Assembly: GCA_041744275.1 (NCBI GenBank)
Contig: JBGTLD010000013.1
Span: 16,470-80,469 of the forward strand
Origin: Candidatus Saccharimonadales bacterium
GTDB lineage: Bacteria; Patescibacteriota; Saccharimonadia; Saccharimonadales; JBGTLD01
Direction of reading: 5' to 3'
Length of the DNA: 64,000 nucleotides
A program made the translations under genes and the position numbers. Shown in pieces: positions 59,594-64,000 of this stretch. Positions within the stretch are counted from its first letter, which is position 1; each line of letters opens with the position of its first letter. Below the pieces are notes generated by a model. The model saw only the letters and a program-made list of their open reading frames with translations, was not told where the DNA came from and did no database searches.

Positions 59594-61207
59594 CTAAGCC
59601 GCATGCACTGCGTGCGCACGCATGACTACCTGCCCGAGTAGCGTGGATATATTAGAGAATACAGAATGGGCTGTAACGCTACTTTCAAATTCTGGCCGAT
59701 ATTCCTCTACTCTTAGTTGAGAAAGATACTGCACCGCACTCAAGAACAAACCAAGTTCACCCTTGGCAATCAAGTCTACAAGCATTTCCTTGCCATCTTC
59801 TACACCCATTGAGTCAATAAGTTCTAGTAATTTTTTTGTTATCTGTGGAGTTAAAATAACCGCGTTGCTTTCATGTTCAGCGTTAGCGACTGCCTCTTCG
59901 ATGAGTGTCATAATTTCTTCAGAAATCTTAACTGACTCTTCGAGCTGCTCAAATATAGCAGTGTCTTCACGCTCTTTTACGGACACTATTGCCTCGGCCA
60001 GTATGGTTAGTAGCTCTGCGTACTGGGGTTCAGACTCTACATTATTGCCTAATGCATCTTCTGGGTTTTCAGTTGCATTGTACTCCAGCAAAAACTCTTC
60101 AAATGACTCTGTAGTTTGCTCTGGTGATAGCAACAAAAACTCTATCGGCAACTCCTGTAAGCTGATGTGTTCTTGAGTGCTATCTTCAGTCTCAACTTCA
60201 TCGAACAATAGTTGTTGTATACTCTCTACTTCTTCTGCGTATAAAGAAACATCAATGGTGTCGGATTCGCCTTCAGGTGCAAGCTGTTCAAGCAGATCAA
60301 CAGCAGGAGAATGCTCTTCTTCGTCACCGGTGATCTCAATAAAATCATCAAGCTCATCACCAACTAACTCCGTTGGTTCCACGGCTATAGTGTGGTCAAT
60401 GCTTGGCTTTTCATCAGACACAACAGTAACTTCGACAGACGGATATCCAGAATCTGTCGACTCAAGTCTTTCAACTTTTTGCGCTACGTGTTCGTTATTA
60501 TCTACAACTTTTAGTACATCGGTAGTTGGCTGCGGTGTAATATCGACTGAATTTTTGGGTTCACTCTCTGTTTCTAGTGCAGTAACAATAGGTGCTACCT
60601 CATGTTGTTTTTTATCAGTGTCGTGTTTTACATTTGCTATGGGTTCTGTAACTACATCAATCTGCTCTTCTGATGTGTCACTTTGACTCATCACTACATC
60701 TGGTGCCGGAGAGTCCAAGTACTCTAAGACTTGCTCATCGGAAACATCATATGTGTCGACAACTCCTCCTTCACTCACACTCTCTTCGCGCACTGGCTGG
60801 ACTTCGACAGTATTGTCATTCTTTATGTTTTTTGCAGGTGCAACTTCTTTTTTAACTGGCTGTGCATTGTTTTCGCTAGGTACGTCCTTTGAAAAGTTTT
60901 TGCTACTCCAGTACTCCTGCTTAACGTTTTCATCTTTCACAACGAAAGCCGCAAAAGCCGTCTCAGGACGTACGCCCATAGCAAGTATCATCGCAGCATG
61001 GCCACATTTTTTAGCTATGTCGCCCGGATCATGTGAAATGTGCGTCTCGCCACTCTTGTCTGTATAGCTGTATATCGTGGGCTCATCTTGTAAAATGTCA
61101 TCATTAGGTGCAACTTCAGTACCAAAAAGAACTGGGCCAGCTTGAGGTTGCTCCATTACTTCTATTAAAGTGACGTTGTCCGTTTGTGTATCTAACTCAT
61201 GCCCCAT
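59594..61207 (-). CDS. large highly acidic hypothetical protein
   Basis: 537 aa, D/E/S-rich low-complexity centre, conserved-looking N- and C-termini. The antisense ORFs on + are S-rich artefacts. Confidence 0.4.
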   Translation of the reverse strand: MGHELDTQTDNVTLIEVMEQPQAGPVLFGTEVAPNDDILQDEPTIYSYTDKSGETHISHDPGDIAKKCGHAAMILAMGVRPETAFAAFVVKDENVKQEYWSSKNFSKDVPSENNAQPVKKEVAPAKNIKNDNTVEVQPVREESVSEGGVVDTYDVSDEQVLEYLDSPAPDVVMSQSDTSEEQIDVVTEPIANVKHDTDKKQHEVAPIVTALETESEPKNSVDITPQPTTDVLKVVDNNEHVAQKVERLESTDSGYPSVEVTVVSDEKPSIDHTIAVEPTELVGDELDDFIEITGDEEEHSPAVDLLEQLAPEGESDTIDVSLYAEEVESIQQLLFDEVETEDSTQEHISLQELPIEFLLLSPEQTTESFEEFLLEYNATENPEDALGNNVESEPQYAELLTILAEAIVSVKEREDTAIFEQLEESVKISEEIMTLIEEAVANAEHESNAVILTPQITKKLLELIDSMGVEDGKEMLVDLIAKGELGLFLSAVQYLSQLRVEEYRPEFESSVTAHSVFSNISTLLGQVVMRAHAVHAA

Positions 61208-61452
61208 TTAGCAAGCTCTTCTTTGGCCTTATCAGGATCTGGATTACCCCAAATTTCAGGTACTTCGTCCTTTTGTACCATTTCTGCGAACATCGCCCTA
61301 AGAGGATGAGGTGCATTTTCAGGTGTTGGGCAAGTTTTTACACCCTCAGCAATAGAACGTAAGTCACCTTCATGGTTAGGAAGCTTAATGTGGGCATAGT
61401 TGTGTAGTATGTATTCAGATTGTTGAAATTCTTCTGGAGATAGTTCACTCAT
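61192..61452 (-). CDS. small hypothetical protein
   Basis: 86-aa ORF. Its stop overlaps the start of the acidic protein gene. Confidence 0.3.
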   Translation of the reverse strand: MSELSPEEFQQSEYILHNYAHIKLPNHEGDLRSIAEGVKTCPTPENAPHPLRAMFAEMVQKDEVPEIWGNPDPDKAKEELAKWGMS

Positions 61453-61496
61453 ATTTTATTAGTATACAGCATTTTGTACAACTCATTAATGCCCTT

Positions 61497-62198
61497 TTAC
61501 AGGATCAGCTGCTCCAAGCGCGTGAGATCGATTCCGATATTCACCAGCCAGATTTCTATGTTCTTAATCCATCCAGTTGCGATGAGCACTCCGGTCGCAA
61601 TCATGACACCACCCAGTATTTTGCCAAATCGTGGACTCGTAGCCCATTCAAGTCTGCGAGTAACTCGTCTACCGCCATACGCAATCAGCAGTAACACCGC
61701 CGAAAGTCCCAGCACATAAAACAATATATATGCGGTACCGAGCGCAAAGTTTACTGGCAATATTGTCGCAACAATAATCCCGTACGTGGGACTACAACTT
61801 GTAAACACTGGACCTAACGATGCACCGAGGAGTATGTCCTTTTTATAGCCAGACGATGCACTGGCGTTTTTTGATAATTTTGTAGAAACTTTTTGAATAG
61901 ACTTTCCTGCAATCATACTCCATAGCGCTGGATACATCATTGAAACACCAACAATGATGATGATAATTCCTGAGAAAGCAAACAAAACACTAGAGGAAAT
62001 TCCTATAAACGCAGATGTGCCTTTTAAGAGTAGTGTGAATAGAAAAACCGAGACTGCCGTACTGCCAATAATAACAGTGGGTGCAGATTTCTTCTTGTCT
62101 GACAGTGAACCAGACACAATAACTGGCAGTAATGGCAAGATACACGGTGAAGCCACCGTAAGAATACCCGCAAGTATCGATACGAGTATAAGATCCAT
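61497..62198 (-). CDS. ccdA: CcdA/DsbD-family thiol-disulfide transporter
   Basis: SPCILPLLP Cys motif in TM1 and six TMs. Confidence 0.8.
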   Translation of the reverse strand: MDLILVSILAGILTVASPCILPLLPVIVSGSLSDKKKSAPTVIIGSTAVSVFLFTLLLKGTSAFIGISSSVLFAFSGIIIIIVGVSMMYPALWSMIAGKSIQKVSTKLSKNASASSGYKKDILLGASLGPVFTSCSPTYGIIVATILPVNFALGTAYILFYVLGLSAVLLLIAYGGRRVTRRLEWATSPRFGKILGGVMIATGVLIATGWIKNIEIWLVNIGIDLTRLEQLIL

Positions 62199-62205
62199 TT
62201 CGGTC

Positions 62206-62682
62206 TTACGTACGCTCTATTCTTGAGACTATGTCAGCAAGGCTTGGACTGAGCACCCATTTCTTAATCAAATTTCCCTCTGCGTCAATTTGTACAAGCG
62301 TATGCTGCAAACGAACGTCATATTTTTTCCTTAGATCGAGCTCTGTGTCGTAATTAGCACGTGCAATCACAACATCTGCAGGAATAGAGCCAAGATTTTC
62401 TTGTATATCTTTTTCAAGCGAATTACAGGTTATACACCAGTCGGCCTTAAAAAACACAATTCGCGTATCGTCTGCTGCGGCAGTTGCCTCTAAGCTTGCA
62501 AGTTCAACGTACGACCCCGGCTGCTCAACTGGTGAAAGCTCTGTGGTTTCTTGCTGGCTAACATCTTGACTGGATGGTTGCGTAACTTGCGCGAGCTCAT
62601 CATTACTTGATCCACCTGCAATAACTACTGTTCCAATACCGAGCACAATGAGTGCTCCAACTACAATAAATGCTTTATTCAT
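62206..62682 (-). CDS. membrane-anchored thioredoxin-like (TlpA/ResA-like) oxidoreductase
   Basis: N-terminal TM and a WCITC CxxC motif. Confidence 0.75.
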   Translation of the reverse strand: MNKAFIVVGALIVLGIGTVVIAGGSSNDELAQVTQPSSQDVSQQETTELSPVEQPGSYVELASLEATAAADDTRIVFFKADWCITCNSLEKDIQENLGSIPADVVIARANYDTELDLRKKYDVRLQHTLVQIDAEGNLIKKWVLSPSLADIVSRIERT

Positions 62683-62713
62683 ATACTAACCTTTGTTTAC
62701 AAGGTTAATTATA

Positions 62714-63244
62714 TCATATGTCTTTTTTTATTCTACTTGCAAACTTCTGTTTAAGCTTTAGGAGTTTTGGATTGATAATAACCTGGCAATACCCTTGGGC
62801 TGGATTGTTTGCAAAATAATTCTGGTGATACTCTTCTGCGCGGTAAAACTCTTCTAGTAGTGAAAGCTCAGTAACGACTGGGTTATCCCATAATTTTTGA
62901 ACATTTTGGATAGACTCCTCAGCTGTTTTCTTTTGGTCTTCATTCTCATAAAAAATCACTGACCTATACTGTGGTCCTACGTCGTTGCCTTGCTGGTTGA
63001 GCGTCGTTGGATCGTGTAGTGCCCAAAAGATATCCATCACATCTGTGAGCGATATTATAGCCGGGTCAAACGTAACTCGAACAACTTCTGCGTGACCAGT
63101 TGCACCACTGCCAACGGCATAGTACTCAGCGTCCTTTGCATCACCACCTGCATAGCCAGAAATTGCACTTTCAATCCCCTCTATTAGATTAAAACCTGCT
63201 TCGATGCACCAGAAACATCCGCCGCCAAGAACTATAGATTCCAT
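62714..63244 (-). CDS. msrA: peptide methionine-S-sulfoxide reductase MsrA
   Basis: GGGCFWC active site. Confidence 0.92.
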   Translation of the reverse strand: MESIVLGGGCFWCIEAGFNLIEGIESAISGYAGGDAKDAEYYAVGSGATGHAEVVRVTFDPAIISLTDVMDIFWALHDPTTLNQQGNDVGPQYRSVIFYENEDQKKTAEESIQNVQKLWDNPVVTELSLLEEFYRAEEYHQNYFANNPAQGYCQVIINPKLLKLKQKFASRIKKDI

Positions 63245-63256
63245 ACCTAAAACTCC

Positions 63257-63670
63257 TTACGTATCAGTCTTTTCGTTAAAATCTAGTGAAATAGAATTAA
63301 TGCAGTATCTTTGCCCACCCTTGTCTGCTGGACCGTCGGGAAAAACATGGCCCAAATGAGCTCCGCAATTAGCACAGGTCACTTCCGTTCGTTCCATTCC
63401 AAAACTGTCATCGCGGTGCAATTCTACATGTTGCTGGTTTACAGGATCCGTGAAACTCGGCCACCCAGAACCTGATTCAAACTTCGTGTCGCTCGCGAAT
63501 AACTCGTGACCACATCCAGCGCAGCGATAAATACCGTCTTTATGGTTATCGACAAACTTTCCCGTCCAAGCTGGCTCGGTACCTTGCTCACGCAAGACAC
63601 GGTATTGCTCGGGGGTTAACTTCTCTTTCCAGTATTCTTCAGGCTTATCTTTAAATGAATTATCTGTCAT
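63257..63670 (-). CDS. msrB: peptide methionine-R-sulfoxide reductase MsrB
   Basis: Two CxxC zinc motifs and RYCINS. Confidence 0.92.
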   Translation of the reverse strand: MTDNSFKDKPEEYWKEKLTPEQYRVLREQGTEPAWTGKFVDNHKDGIYRCAGCGHELFASDTKFESGSGWPSFTDPVNQQHVELHRDDSFGMERTEVTCANCGAHLGHVFPDGPADKGGQRYCINSISLDFNEKTDT

Positions 63671-63747
63671 AGGTACACTATACAGTTAAGTGTGTAAGTT
63701 TGTTTGAGTAATAATTCATAGCAACTCAATAATTGTTCAGATAAAAC

Positions 63748-64000
63748 TTACCCTATTTTGGCGTCTGTCACGACACCGTCTTCAATAGAAAAATTGATTC
63801 GGCTTTCACTGTAGTCTAGTGTCACCATAAACTCTTCACCGTCACGTGCAGTAATTCTATGTTGATACCCTTCACTCTCAGCCTTTTCAATTGCTTCTTC
63901 TTCCGTGAGACCTATATATGACTGAGTATCTATATTACGAGAGTCGTCTTGAGGGCTATTTGGCTCTAATTCAAAAGAATCATCGTTACTTATAGGCGCA
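63748..64000 (-). CDS. hypothetical protein, 5' end outside window (C-terminal 84 codons)
   Basis: Open minus-strand frame ending ...DGEEFMVTLDYSESRINFSIEDGVVTDAKIG, with the stop at 63748-63750. It is not in the supplied ORF track because it is truncated. Confidence 0.4.
   Translation of the reverse strand, partial: APISNDDSFELEPNSPQDDSRNIDTQSYIGLTEEEAIEKAESEGYQHRITARDGEEFMVTLDYSESRINFSIEDGVVTDAKIG

Noticed and set aside
60177-60686. 169-aa and 137-aa S-rich ORFs on the + strand (59763-60686).
   Set aside because: They are antisense to the acidic-protein gene. Ser-rich reverse frames of D/E-rich coding sequence.
1-64000. CRISPR arrays, transposases, integrases, restriction-modification or other defence genes.
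   Set aside because: No regularly spaced direct repeats and no recognisable IS or integrase ORFs were seen. The only mobile-element-like signals are the gene-free tRNA-linked repeats.

Overview
The 64 kb window reads as a gene-dense, low-GC bacterial chromosome segment. The gene content looks like a reduced-genome, Gram-positive-type bacterium such as the Saccharibacteria/CPR lineage (inference from content only). That content is: a complete type IV pilus cluster, a ComEC/nuclease/lamin-tail DNA-uptake module, a sortase with its substrate, few biosynthesis genes, and an HrcA/CIRCE-controlled dnaK operon.

Housekeeping genes recognised:
- recA-recX, ruvA-ruvB-ruvC-yebC
- hrcA-grpE-dnaK-dnaJ
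- lepA, murJ, ftsH, tilS, rny, ymdB, tsaB/tsaE, bcp, msrA/msrB

Accessory content:
- A pilB-pilC-pilA-minor pilins-pilX-like-pilM-pilN-pilO cluster.
- A copper cluster (csoR, hydrolase, DUF305, cupredoxin, copA).
- A CcdA-thioredoxin-MsrA-MsrB extracytoplasmic repair cluster.
- A QEGLA plus two ATP-grasp ligase cassette.
- A GGDEF protein.
- A catalytically degenerate P-type ATPase paralogue.
- A sortase next to a TolB-like beta-propeller surface protein, plus a second sortase paralogue lacking the catalytic Cys.
- Five tRNA genes (Arg-TCT, Gly-TCC, Pro-TGG, Lys-TTT, CAT), all with encoded CCA.

The most unusual signal is that three tRNA genes (Pro, Lys, CAT) are each followed 150-170 nt downstream by an 18-22 nt direct copy of their own 3' end. 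The three intervening segments are related to one another. This is an att-like, tRNA-linked miniature element family that nothing else in the window explains.

No CRISPR array, transposase or integrase gene was seen.
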